In this document: positions 32,085-41,299 of the stretch, piece after piece | Layout: every line of letters begins with the position of its first letter | Numbering within the stretch: position 1 is the first letter of the stretch | From: Phormidesmidales cyanobacterium | GTDB lineage: Bacteria; Cyanobacteriota; Cyanobacteriia; Phormidesmidales; Phormidesmidaceae | Direction: 5' to 3' | DNA length: 64,000 nucleotides | NCBI GenBank assembly: GCA_038260205.1 | Contig: JBBSOB010000001.1 | Coordinates: 85-64,084, forward strand | Notes under the pieces: generated by a model | Databases searched by the model: none | What the model saw: only the letters and a program-made list of their open reading frames with translations | What the model was told of the DNA's origin: nothing | Translations under genes and position numbers: made by a program

Positions 32085-32150
32085 GTAAGCCTATTAGCGC
32101 TCAACCAGTCGTCAAGTGCTAGCGGCTAGTCGCTATTTTTAAGCCTAGTT

Positions 32151-32188
32151 AAGGAACAGCTCGATAGTATCGGACTGTTCCTTTTTTT
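32151..32188 (+). terminator. Rho-independent terminator after the small secreted-protein gene
   Basis: AAGGAACAG..CTGTTCCTT stem followed by a T-run. Confidence 0.75.
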
Positions 32189-32278
32189 AAGGGGCAGCAT
32201 ATCCAGCGAATTATCTACCATTGCCATCGCCTCTATACCGTCACCTCTATACAATCGCCCCTACTAGTTAAAACAACC

Positions 32279-34576
32279 ATGTTATTTTGGTCTTACCCAT
32301 TGCGATTAAACCTCGCATTTTTCTGGCTACTTGTTTTAGTCGCCATCCCAAAAGCTGCCATTGCCGACGAATATCAAGACGCGATCGCAGATCCAGCCAC
32401 AGCGCACGCTCAGCCTTCACCCAAAACCAAGCTAAAACCCAAACCTACCAACATTTTTTCTAGCTTTAGCACTCGCGATCGCTCAACTATAGACAATGAG
32501 ATAGTTGCATCATCCCTCGCAGCGCCACCCAACTACGCCTTAGCACCAGGACAAACAATAGAGAAAATAGAAAACGCAGAATTAGAACAGAGTAGTGCAG
32601 ATATAGAAGAATCAAAAAAACCCGAAGAAGAACCGGAAGAAAAACCAGAAAACCTAGATCCTTCAGGTTATGCAGTACCACCCCATACAGTTCCACTAGC
32701 ATCATTACCCCCTAGCGGAACTCAATTTCGACTCAACAGGCAATGGCTAAATCACCTAAGCAAAACAGAGCTTCAAACAGGCTATCAGTTTGGCCACGAC
32801 GTGAACAGCACTTCTAGTGTCCAAGGCACCATCGCTCTAGACAGTCGCCTTCAGCGCAGCATCACCAACGATCAAGTTGTTACAGTCGAGCACAAAGGAA
32901 CCTACTTACAGACAGAATCCGTTGCCCGCTCAAGAGAAGTAACCCTTACCCAAACGCTACCTGAAACAGTAAATGGAGTTGGCATCCAGCTAAGTTTTAC
33001 CGGCGCTTGTCTGTTTCCAGAAACCACTTCCGAAGAGCGATGTTCTTATACGCCAGGGCTTAGCACCGTACAGCCCAACGATATTTTTGAGCTTCAAGAA
33101 GCTGGGAAGCTACAAGATGACGGGAAGCTAGGCGAAATTTTAACAGATGAGTCGCTAGCGGCCATAGCACAGCCAGGGTTTCAAAGAGGCGTAGATGGAC
33201 AAGCCATTGGCGTAGACCTCTTATTTCCCAACGTGGGCACGCGCGCAGGCAATCGCCTGTCCGACAAAACCTCTATCGACCGCACCGAAACATACGACAT
33301 AGTGCCATCGTTTACACTAGCTAGAAGCCGCCAAATTGTCAGAATGAACGAAAAGGAAGCGGCCTTAGGATTAACCATTCGAGGCAACACCTGGATTTCG
33401 CAAGACGCCAATATAGAAATCAATGCCTTATTACAAGCCGGGGTGGCTCTACTTCCTGATATAGTACCTCGCCTTAAAGGCAGCGATAAAACAGCAAACC
33501 CGCGGGTCAATAGCAACCTATTTTTAGCCGCCAATAATGCTCGACTGCCTCCAGGAGGCTTTACGCTATATCAAGGGGGTATCAGCAGAGCCGACTCCAT
33601 TGAGCCTGATATGCAGCCGCAGGATCTACCCTCTGCGAAATTTAAAGGCGTATGGATTGGGCTTTCGCCCGTGGTAGATTATCACATTGGAATAAAAACC
33701 AGCAGCAAAAGCCTAGATGCATTACGCCTGATCCAAACGATCGGAGCAGAAGGCAAAAGCGGCGGCAGCAGCAATTTATTTTTTTTAGCTGCAATCGATG
33801 GCGATGAATTCATTGCCGCTAATATTCAAGACACCTATATACAAATTTATCAGTCTCTCTACGAAACTGATAGCCAAACTGTAACAGTTGAAAACTACAA
33901 AGAGCAAACCAGTTATTACCCTCATATTAGGGTTACCGGAAACACAACAGATTTTGATAGCGTTTTCAACTACTATGCGGGTCTAATCGTTGAGGATCGG
34001 CTGAATGCTTATGCTGGAGCGGACTATACTATTTTTTCGCCAAATGGGTTGACGTACGAGTTAGGAAGCGTTTTTTATACTCAGCCTGATCGAGATTACT
34101 ACAGTCAGCTTAGCGGGAAAATAACCAAGCGAGTTCGGCTATCAGAGCAGGCTTCACTTTCTCTCTCTAGCGGCCTTAACTGGGCGCTCGATAGAAAAGA
34201 TCAAATTGGGGATGTTGAACTCAATTCTAGAAGTAGCGCCGTTTATCTTCAAGCAAGGGCCGATTTAGACCCAGTCTTTTTTCAAGCAATTGGCAACTTG
34301 GGCGGAATTTTACCTGATTCTGCGCGTAGCGAACTACGTTTACAATCAGGCGTCAAGCTATTAGACAAGGTAACGCTTTCTGGATTTATCACGGCCTTCT
34401 CCAAAAGCAGCAGCTATGCTCGCTACGGCACTTCCTTAGCCTGGCAGCCAGCTAATGAACAGAGTCCCGTCCTGAGTATAGGTTGGACGAATAATCGCTA
34501 TGGGTTTGGAACAGATCAATTAGGCAATGATATTTCTACTAGCGAAGATATATTCGCTATCTCCTTAAATTTATAA
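32279..34576 (+). CDS. Large exported hypothetical protein, possibly outer-membrane beta-rich
   Basis: N-terminal hydrophobic signal-like segment, Pro/Glu-rich linker, and a C-terminal region of alternating hydrophobic/polar strands ending IFAISLNL. Confidence 0.7.
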   Translation: MLFWSYPLRLNLAFFWLLVLVAIPKAAIADEYQDAIADPATAHAQPSPKTKLKPKPTNIFSSFSTRDRSTIDNEIVASSLAAPPNYALAPGQTIEKIENAELEQSSADIEESKKPEEEPEEKPENLDPSGYAVPPHTVPLASLPPSGTQFRLNRQWLNHLSKTELQTGYQFGHDVNSTSSVQGTIALDSRLQRSITNDQVVTVEHKGTYLQTESVARSREVTLTQTLPETVNGVGIQLSFTGACLFPETTSEERCSYTPGLSTVQPNDIFELQEAGKLQDDGKLGEILTDESLAAIAQPGFQRGVDGQAIGVDLLFPNVGTRAGNRLSDKTSIDRTETYDIVPSFTLARSRQIVRMNEKEAALGLTIRGNTWISQDANIEINALLQAGVALLPDIVPRLKGSDKTANPRVNSNLFLAANNARLPPGGFTLYQGGISRADSIEPDMQPQDLPSAKFKGVWIGLSPVVDYHIGIKTSSKSLDALRLIQTIGAEGKSGGSSNLFFLAAIDGDEFIAANIQDTYIQIYQSLYETDSQTVTVENYKEQTSYYPHIRVTGNTTDFDSVFNYYAGLIVEDRLNAYAGADYTIFSPNGLTYELGSVFYTQPDRDYYSQLSGKITKRVRLSEQASLSLSSGLNWALDRKDQIGDVELNSRSSAVYLQARADLDPVFFQAIGNLGGILPDSARSELRLQSGVKLLDKVTLSGFITAFSKSSSYARYGTSLAWQPANEQSPVLSIGWTNNRYGFGTDQLGNDISTSEDIFAISLNL

Positions 34577-35139
34577 AATTCAAACAAACAAGTGATCCAT
34601 GTAGGACGAAAGATTGTTTGCGCTTATTTGTGTTTAATTGACCGGCTGCGCGTAGACACCTAGATAATTAGCAACCAGTCTCTCGAAAACGCTATTAGCC
34701 TGTACAAGATGCCAGTATGTAGTTGAATGTAATCTTATGAAGATTCTTTCACATTAAGCTGCTCCAGCTGACCTACCGCGTTAGTATGTGAGACATACAC
34801 AGCTAATGCTTTCTATCTAGCATAAGCCACCTTTGGCTATAGCATTTGCACCTAGTTGTCAGCACTGCTGACGCTATTCGCTGAAATCCGGTCACATAGG
34901 CCGTTCTCTAGAGCGAGACTCCTCTAGAAACCGCTTCTTGTATCCCCTGGCTTTATCCCCTTACAGAACTGATTTTGATAGCAACTGCGTCAGCAGGGCA
35001 GCCTTTCAATAAGCCTCTCTATTTTCAGCAACCGTACATCCTAAAAACTCTCTCTAGACAGCGAGTTTCGACCATAAACTAGCGTTAGCCAGATTATTCG
35101 TTTCTGCACGACTCTCTACGCAATCAGGAGATGCAGGTC

Positions 35140-35295
35140 ATGACATTCTTGCAAAAAATCAACATTGCTTTCGTCTACGTCGCCGAAGCAGCCTACCGAA
35201 TTTTCAGTCCACATAGCGACGCATATCCGGCAACAGGCGTTCAGCCTTATAGCGGGATGCCCTACGACAAAAGAATGCACCGCCAGAACGAGTAA
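35140..35295 (+). CDS. 51-aa microprotein of the cyanobacterial xEAAxRIFSPxxDxYPATGVQP type (Norf1-like from memory), absent from the ORF track
   Basis: Manual translation: MTFLQKINIAFVYVAEAAYRIFSPHSDAYPATGVQPYSGMPYDKRMHRQNE*. AGGAG lies 9 nt upstream; an alternative ATG is at 35131. Confidence 0.8.
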   Translation: MTFLQKINIAFVYVAEAAYRIFSPHSDAYPATGVQPYSGMPYDKRMHRQNE

Positions 35296-35409
35296 ATACC
35301 TTTCAAAGAAGGCTGGCTAAAATCGTTTAACGACAGCATATCTAAAAAAGTCACGTTAGGAAGAGGTGTAAAAACTTATGCGCTTCAAACGTTCTCCTAC
35401 GAAATAATT

Positions 35410-35454
35410 AAACAAAAGGCCAGATGCAGTTTACTCGCATCTGGCCTTTTGTTT
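35410..35454. terminator. Bidirectional terminator-like hairpin between the microprotein gene and the NDH-2 gene
   Basis: Perfect 18-bp inverted repeat AAACAAAAGGCCAGATGC / GCATCTGGCCTTTTGTTT with a 9-nt loop. Confidence 0.85.
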
Positions 35455-35500
35455 AGCTGCAGCTAGTTGATTAGATCGGGTAAATCCCTAACCTAGCGGA

Positions 35501-36910
35501 TTAAACTTTTGTCATCTCTGCATTCTCAGTCGCCGAGAGATTCTGCGCATTCATTTCCTTCAGAACCAAGTCGGACAGCGCTGGAATCGAATCATCTCCA
35601 GTGATGAGCCGCGCACCACGCTGACTGGTGAAGTAATGCCAGCCCCACTGAAGCATGACCAGCAGCTTGTTATCAAATTCAATGAGGTAATAGATGTGAA
35701 TGAATATCCAAACCATCCAAGCCGGAAAGCCAGAGAACCTAGCGAAGCCTAGGTCGGCTACGGCTTCGTTACGACCGATCACTGCCAAACTGCCGTTGTC
35801 CTTATAGTCAAAGGGTTTGACTGTCTTATTTGCCATCCGGCGTTTGATCGACTTTGCCAGATAGCTGCCTTGCTGCATTGCGGTTGCAGCAGTTCCTGGT
35901 AAAGGCCCGTTACCCTGATGAGCATAATGGGCCAGATCGCCCGCAATAAAAATGTTAGGACAGCCCGGAACACTTAAGTCCGACTCGACAATAACGCGAC
36001 CAATGCGGTCTAGCTCTGCGCCCGTTTGATCTGCGATCGCCTTTCCCAAAGGAGACGCCTTAATCCCAGCCGCCCACAGCACCGTAAACGCTTGCGCCTT
36101 CTCCTCTTTCCCGTCGCACTTCAGCGTCACCGTATCGCCTTCAATATTCGTCACCAGCGTATTGATGCGAACCTCAACGCCCAATTTCTCCAAAGACTTC
36201 TTCGCCGCCACCGAAAGATCGCCAGGATAAGGGGGCAGCACCCGATCCATCCCCTCCAGCAAAACCACCCTGGTCTCACCCGGATTAATACTGCGAAAAT
36301 CTTCCCGCAGCGTTTCGTGAGCCAGTTCAGCCAATGCGCCCGATAGCTCAACGCCCGTTGGCCCACCGCCGACGATAAAAAAGGTCAACAGCGCTTCTCG
36401 ACGAGCCGGATCAGTTTCCTTCTCCGCTGCTTCAAACGCCAGAAAAATGCGACGACGAACCTCCAGCGCATCCTCAATCGTCTTCATACCCGGCGCAATA
36501 TCCGACCACTCATCCTTACCAAAGTAATGGTGGCTAGAGCCAGTCGCCATAATCAAGCTATCGTAAGCAACGGTTTCGCCCGTCTTTAGCAATATTTGCC
36601 GGGCCTCAGACTCAATGCCCGTCACCTCACCCATCAAAACCTGAACGTTCTTTTGCTTACTCAGTACCGATCGCAGCGGTGAAGAAATATCGCCCGCAGA
36701 TAGACCACCGGTTGCCACCTGATAGAGCAGCGGTTGAAACAGATGAAAGTTTCGTTTGTCAATTAGCGTCACCTTTACATCGGCGGCATCGCCCAGCGCT
36801 TTAGCCGCATACAGCCCGCCAAAGCCGCCCCCTACAATGACAACATGATGGCTCTGATGACTGGCGGTGGCGGTAATGCTAGCGGGTTTGCTCTGAAGAA
36901 CTGCTGTCAT
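35501..36910 (-). CDS. Type II NAD(P)H dehydrogenase (NDH-2, Ndb family)
   Basis: VVIVGGGFGGL, FQPLLYQVATG, IVGGGPTGVELSG, LWAAG, FIAGDLA, WIFIHIYYL. Confidence 0.93.
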   Translation of the reverse strand: MTAVLQSKPASITATASHQSHHVVIVGGGFGGLYAAKALGDAADVKVTLIDKRNFHLFQPLLYQVATGGLSAGDISSPLRSVLSKQKNVQVLMGEVTGIESEARQILLKTGETVAYDSLIMATGSSHHYFGKDEWSDIAPGMKTIEDALEVRRRIFLAFEAAEKETDPARREALLTFFIVGGGPTGVELSGALAELAHETLREDFRSINPGETRVVLLEGMDRVLPPYPGDLSVAAKKSLEKLGVEVRINTLVTNIEGDTVTLKCDGKEEKAQAFTVLWAAGIKASPLGKAIADQTGAELDRIGRVIVESDLSVPGCPNIFIAGDLAHYAHQGNGPLPGTAATAMQQGSYLAKSIKRRMANKTVKPFDYKDNGSLAVIGRNEAVADLGFARFSGFPAWMVWIFIHIYYLIEFDNKLLVMLQWGWHYFTSQRGARLITGDDSIPALSDLVLKEMNAQNLSATENAEMTKV

Positions 36911-37183
36911 GAGTTTGGCAACCGTTGGTTATGTAAGTTAACTAAAGTTTATAACTTTATAGGCAAGACTTTCCCAGTATATGCACGACGCCTCATAGAA
37001 AATTGTTCAACCCAAGCAATCTTGCCCAGCATTTTTCACTATTTTTTTCACTATGAAAGTTTTGATAGGCTAAAGTTTCGGTGGCAAATAGGACAGGCAT
37101 AGTAATTAATGCGACAATTGCCGCATGTTAATCATTTTGGCGCGAGCGGCTACATTGAGTAGGTGGCACGAGGAGAGAAAATT

Positions 37184-39010
37184 GTGGGGCTAGTTGTTCA
37201 AAAGTATGGCGGTACGTCGGTTGGCAGCGTAGAGCGCATTCAGGCGGTGGCCGCTCGCATTCAGGCGACCGTGCAGGCAGGGCATTCCGTGATTGTGGTC
37301 GTTTCCGCGATGGGAAAGAGCACCGACGGACTCGTGCAGTTGGCTAACGAGATTTCGAGCAATCCTAGCCGCCGAGAAATGGATATGCTGCTTTCAACCG
37401 GCGAGCAGGTGACGATCGCGTTGCTCACGATGGCATTACATGAAAGGGGGCAGGCCGCAATTTCGCTAACGGGCGCACAGGTCGGGATCGTCACTGAGGC
37501 TGACCATACCAGGGCGCGAATTTTAGATATTAAAACCAACCGGCTAAAGCGCCATCTAGAAGAAGGCAAAGTCATTGTTGTAGCTGGGTTTCAGGGGACT
37601 AGCCGCAGCCTAGAACAAGCCGACCACATTGAAATTACAACGTTAGGAAGAGGCGGCTCGGACACGTCGGCCGTTGCCTTAGCCGCAGCGATGCAGGCAG
37701 AAAAGTGCGAGATTTATACCGATGTACCCGGCATTTTGACATCTGATCCGAGAGTGGTGCCCGACGCCCGGCTGATGGACGAAATTACCTGCGACGAGAT
37801 GCTAGAGCTGGCGAGCTTAGGCGCTAATGTGCTGCATCCTAGGGCCGTCGAAATTGCCCGCAATTACGGTATTACCTTAGTTGTACGCTCTAGCTGGACA
37901 GACCAGCCGGGGACTAAAGTCGTTGCGCCTATCCCGCAGCCGCGGCCGCTAGAAGGGCTGGAGATCGCGAATCCGGTTGACGCCATCGAATTTGACACCC
38001 ATCAGGCGAAAGTAGCGCTGCTGCGAGTGCCTGATCGCCCTGGCGTGGCCGCTCAAATATTTGGGGAGCTAGCCACCCAACAGTTGAATGTGGATTTGAT
38101 TATTCAGTCTATTCATGAGGGCAACTCTAACGATGTGGCCTTTACGGTAAATTCTGACATTTTGAATCAGGCGAAGAGTGTGACGGCTCATATTGCGCCT
38201 ATGCTGCGAAGTACGCCAACGGCTCAGGGCGAAGTGGAAGTGCAAACGTCCGATCATATTGCCAAAATTAGCATTGCGGGCGCGGGTATGATTGGGCGGC
38301 CGGGGGTTGCAGCTGGGATGTTTTCGGCTTTGGCTGAGGCCAGCGTGAATATTCAAATGATTTCCACCTCTGAAGTGAAGGTGAGCTGCACGGTGGCAGC
38401 CGCAGAGTGCGATCGCGCTATCCAAACCCTCTGCCGCCACTTCAACGTCACAACCTCGCCCGCCCGTTTAGACCAAGATGCCGCAGCCAAGACCCAGCAT
38501 TTACCGCCGGTTCGAGGGGCCGCGCTAGATCTGGAGCAGGCTCAGCTAGCCATTCGCCATGTGCCCGATCAGCCAGGACTAGCCGCTCGAATCTTTCAAA
38601 TTCTGGCCGACCGGGGCGTTAGTGTAGATATGATTATTCAGTCGCAGCGCAGTCGATTACACCAGGGACAGATGACTAGAGATATTGCCTGCACCGTAGC
38701 GCAGGAGAATGCCGCGATCGCCCGCGATGTTTTGCAATCTGCCGCGCCAGAGCTAGAGTGTGGCGAAGTGACCATTGATAGCGCGATCGCCAAAGTTAGC
38801 GTCGTCGGCATTGGCATGATTCACCGACCTGGGATTGCCGCCATTATGTTTCAGGCGCTCTCCGCCGCCAATATCAACATTCAAATGATTGCCACCTCCG
38901 AAATCAAAATTAGCTGCGTCGTCCGACAAGAGCAGGGAGCAGAAGCCCTAAAAGTTGTTCATTCTGCCTTCAAACTCGCCGAAGCAGGAGCCGTTGTGGG
39001 GTCAGTATGA
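37184..39010 (+). CDS. lysC: Aspartate kinase (cyanobacterial four-ACT-domain type)
   Basis: VQKYGGTSV, VVSAMG, TLGRGGSDTSAV, YTDVPG, and repeated ACT domains (MISTSEVKVS, MIATSEIKIS). GTG start at 37184 with AGGAG upstream. Confidence 0.95.
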   Translation: MGLVVQKYGGTSVGSVERIQAVAARIQATVQAGHSVIVVVSAMGKSTDGLVQLANEISSNPSRREMDMLLSTGEQVTIALLTMALHERGQAAISLTGAQVGIVTEADHTRARILDIKTNRLKRHLEEGKVIVVAGFQGTSRSLEQADHIEITTLGRGGSDTSAVALAAAMQAEKCEIYTDVPGILTSDPRVVPDARLMDEITCDEMLELASLGANVLHPRAVEIARNYGITLVVRSSWTDQPGTKVVAPIPQPRPLEGLEIANPVDAIEFDTHQAKVALLRVPDRPGVAAQIFGELATQQLNVDLIIQSIHEGNSNDVAFTVNSDILNQAKSVTAHIAPMLRSTPTAQGEVEVQTSDHIAKISIAGAGMIGRPGVAAGMFSALAEASVNIQMISTSEVKVSCTVAAAECDRAIQTLCRHFNVTTSPARLDQDAAAKTQHLPPVRGAALDLEQAQLAIRHVPDQPGLAARIFQILADRGVSVDMIIQSQRSRLHQGQMTRDIACTVAQENAAIARDVLQSAAPELECGEVTIDSAIAKVSVVGIGMIHRPGIAAIMFQALSAANINIQMIATSEIKISCVVRQEQGAEALKVVHSAFKLAEAGAVVGSV

Positions 39011-39296
39011 GCCAGGACACCGCCTTATTTATAGGGAGTATCGTACTGCTGATTGTTTACCTTGTTTTTTCAGCAAAAACAGAGATGGGCACCCAGTGGC
39101 CCTGGCAGAAAGAAAGCGAGAATAGGGCAAAAAGAGGGCAGAAATAGAGCGATGGCTTGCGAATCCCTACCATGGAGGGATATCTACACTCGTAGAGAAT
39201 AGATAAACTTGCGATATTAAATAGGCGCAGTGATGGTTCGAGATTTGTTCGAGGTGAGCTGCGATCGCCCCCTCTCTTTAACCCGGAAAACATCTC

Positions 39297-39593
39297 ATGA
39301 ACAAGAATCTAATTGAGTCGTTCTATAGCTGGTATCGTGGCGCTTTGCGTCATCCCAAGTACCGCTGGTTAATCATTCTTGGCACCGCAGCCTATCTCCT
39401 TAGCCCCATCGACCTGTTACCCGATATTTTTCCAGTCATTGGGTGGCTAGACGATGGCCTTCTCGCCACGCTGCTGGTTACTGAACTCTCTTCTTTAGCG
39501 ATGGGCTATCTCAAAAAAGGGCAGGGTGCTGAAACCGGAAACGAGCCGGTAGCAACAGAAGAAGGCACCGTAATTGATGTCGAAGCTTCCTAA
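39297..39593 (+). CDS. YkvA/DUF1232 family membrane protein (second copy)
   Basis: YLLSPIDLLPDIFPVIGWLDDG motif. Confidence 0.9.
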   Translation: MNKNLIESFYSWYRGALRHPKYRWLIILGTAAYLLSPIDLLPDIFPVIGWLDDGLLATLLVTELSSLAMGYLKKGQGAETGNEPVATEEGTVIDVEAS

Positions 39594-39803
39594 GTTTAGA
39601 ACAACAAAATAAGGCCATCCAAACGCCATTGAGATTTCGCTCTGGCGACAACAGATCGAGCAAAAAGCATCAAAGTCATTGCGACCTTGCTGCTTTTTGT
39701 TTGAGCCAATTCAATCCAATACGCCATAACTAGAACCTTTGACCGTAGGGATAGCGCAGCCTGCCCTGTATCATAACCTTCTTAAAAGCTTCGCTCAGAC
39801 GCT

Positions 39804-40400
39804 ATGCCTTCTCCGCGCTCCCAGAGTTCTCAACCGCCTCATCATAGCAATACCGTATCGGATGCCCTACTTTGCGCGGCGCTAAAACAGGGCAGCGCGG
39901 ATGCTTTAGGCATACTCTACGACCGGCACGCGGGGCTAGTGTACGGCATGGCTCTCAAAGTTTTAAAAAACGCTCAGGCAGCGGAAGATCTCACCCAAGA
40001 TATTTTTCTGTCTCTGACCAAAAACACCACCTACAATCCAAACCGGGGAGCGCTGCGTACTTATTTAACAGTGCTCACTCGCTCTAGAGCCATTGATCGA
40101 CTGCGGGCAAAGGGCACTCGTGCTAGAGCCGTTACTCGACTAAAGCGATCGCACCCTCTTAGCCCCAGCAACCCCGCAGACAACCGACCTCTAGAGCAAG
40201 CTAGCCAGCAAGAAACCAGCCTGACGGTAAAAACGGCCCTATCTCAGCTATCCGCCGAAGAGCGCCAGATCTTACAGATGATGTATTTTGAAGGGCGTAC
40301 TCAGGCCGCGATCGCAAGCCAAATGCAGATTCCATTAGGCACCGTCAAAACCAGATCGCGCCGAGGGCTGCTAAAGCTACGTAAAATACTAGGTAATTAA
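39804..40400 (+). CDS. ECF sigma-70 factor (SigK-like)
   Basis: Region 2 LYDRHAGLVYGMAL..AEDLTQDIF..RSRAIDRLR and region 4 YFEGRTQAAIA..IPLGTVKTR. Confidence 0.92.
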   Translation: MPSPRSQSSQPPHHSNTVSDALLCAALKQGSADALGILYDRHAGLVYGMALKVLKNAQAAEDLTQDIFLSLTKNTTYNPNRGALRTYLTVLTRSRAIDRLRAKGTRARAVTRLKRSHPLSPSNPADNRPLEQASQQETSLTVKTALSQLSAEERQILQMMYFEGRTQAAIASQMQIPLGTVKTRSRRGLLKLRKILGN

Positions 40401-40484
40401 TCTATTACACAAACGTTTTTATACCTTCCTTTTTAATTCTGGTTTTACGCTAATCTCACCGCTAAACTTTTTTCACGTCGATCC

Positions 40485-41294
40485 ATGAGCCAAGCTATCC
40501 CTACCGATAAAAGATCGAGCCTGGTTGCTGGATTTGTTCTGAACACGCTAGACGAGCTTGAGTCAAAAGAGTTTGGACAGCTTATGAACAGCGACCCTAC
40601 GCTGCTAGAAGACGTGGCCCAATTACAGCAGTCGTTAGAAATTAGCTATGGGATTGAAGATGCCGCCCCGCCTCCAATGCTGCGCGATCGCCTGCTAGTC
40701 TCATTCACAAATCAGCCGATTGAATTAGAGACCTCCAGCGATCTATCCCATTCGCAGAGACAACCCAAGCTCCGTCGTAGCCAATTAGCGGCTGCGGTGG
40801 CGGCGCTGGCGATCGCCCTGGCGCTAAGCAACTATCTGTGGTGGCAGTCATCTCGTCAGCAGATGGCTCAGTTGCCAGATCCTCTAGATCCTATTGCTAG
40901 CGATCGCCCCACTCCAACCCAAATCCCAACCCAAACATATCAACTAGACACCACAGCCGCAGGCGTAGGCGGAACCGCTTTAGTCAAGATAGATCCAGCC
41001 ACCCGAACCGGCACCCTAATTGCTAGCGACCTGCCGCCTCTTTCCTCCGATCAGGTGTACGTGTTGTGGACGGTGTTAGCCCCTAACGCACCCTATACCG
41101 CCGATTCGAAGTCAGCTATTCTCACCGCCACTTTTACCGTAGACAGCCAGGGAGAAAGTCAAAAAGACCTTTTGCTACCCGCAGTCTTCGAGCAGCCTAG
41201 CTCGGTGGCGGCACTCGGCGTCACCATTGAGTCGGCAAAGGCACCCCAAGCGCACGAGGGCGTTCCCGTACTATTAGCCCTTTTACAGAGCTAA
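40485..41294 (+). CDS. Anti-sigma factor, RskA-like
   Basis: N-terminal LVAGFVLNTLD..E, PPPMLRDRL, one TM helix, C-terminal YVLW..TF.VD..G..GVTIE, directly after the ECF sigma gene. Confidence 0.88.
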   Translation: MSQAIPTDKRSSLVAGFVLNTLDELESKEFGQLMNSDPTLLEDVAQLQQSLEISYGIEDAAPPPMLRDRLLVSFTNQPIELETSSDLSHSQRQPKLRRSQLAAAVAALAIALALSNYLWWQSSRQQMAQLPDPLDPIASDRPTPTQIPTQTYQLDTTAAGVGGTALVKIDPATRTGTLIASDLPPLSSDQVYVLWTVLAPNAPYTADSKSAILTATFTVDSQGESQKDLLLPAVFEQPSSVAALGVTIESAKAPQAHEGVPVLLALLQS

Positions 41295-41299
41295 CCAGC

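Noticed and set aside
34787-34802. TGTGA...CACA as a possible CRP (SyCRP1) site
   Set aside because: Spacing and the second half-site do not fit TGTGA-N6-TCACA.
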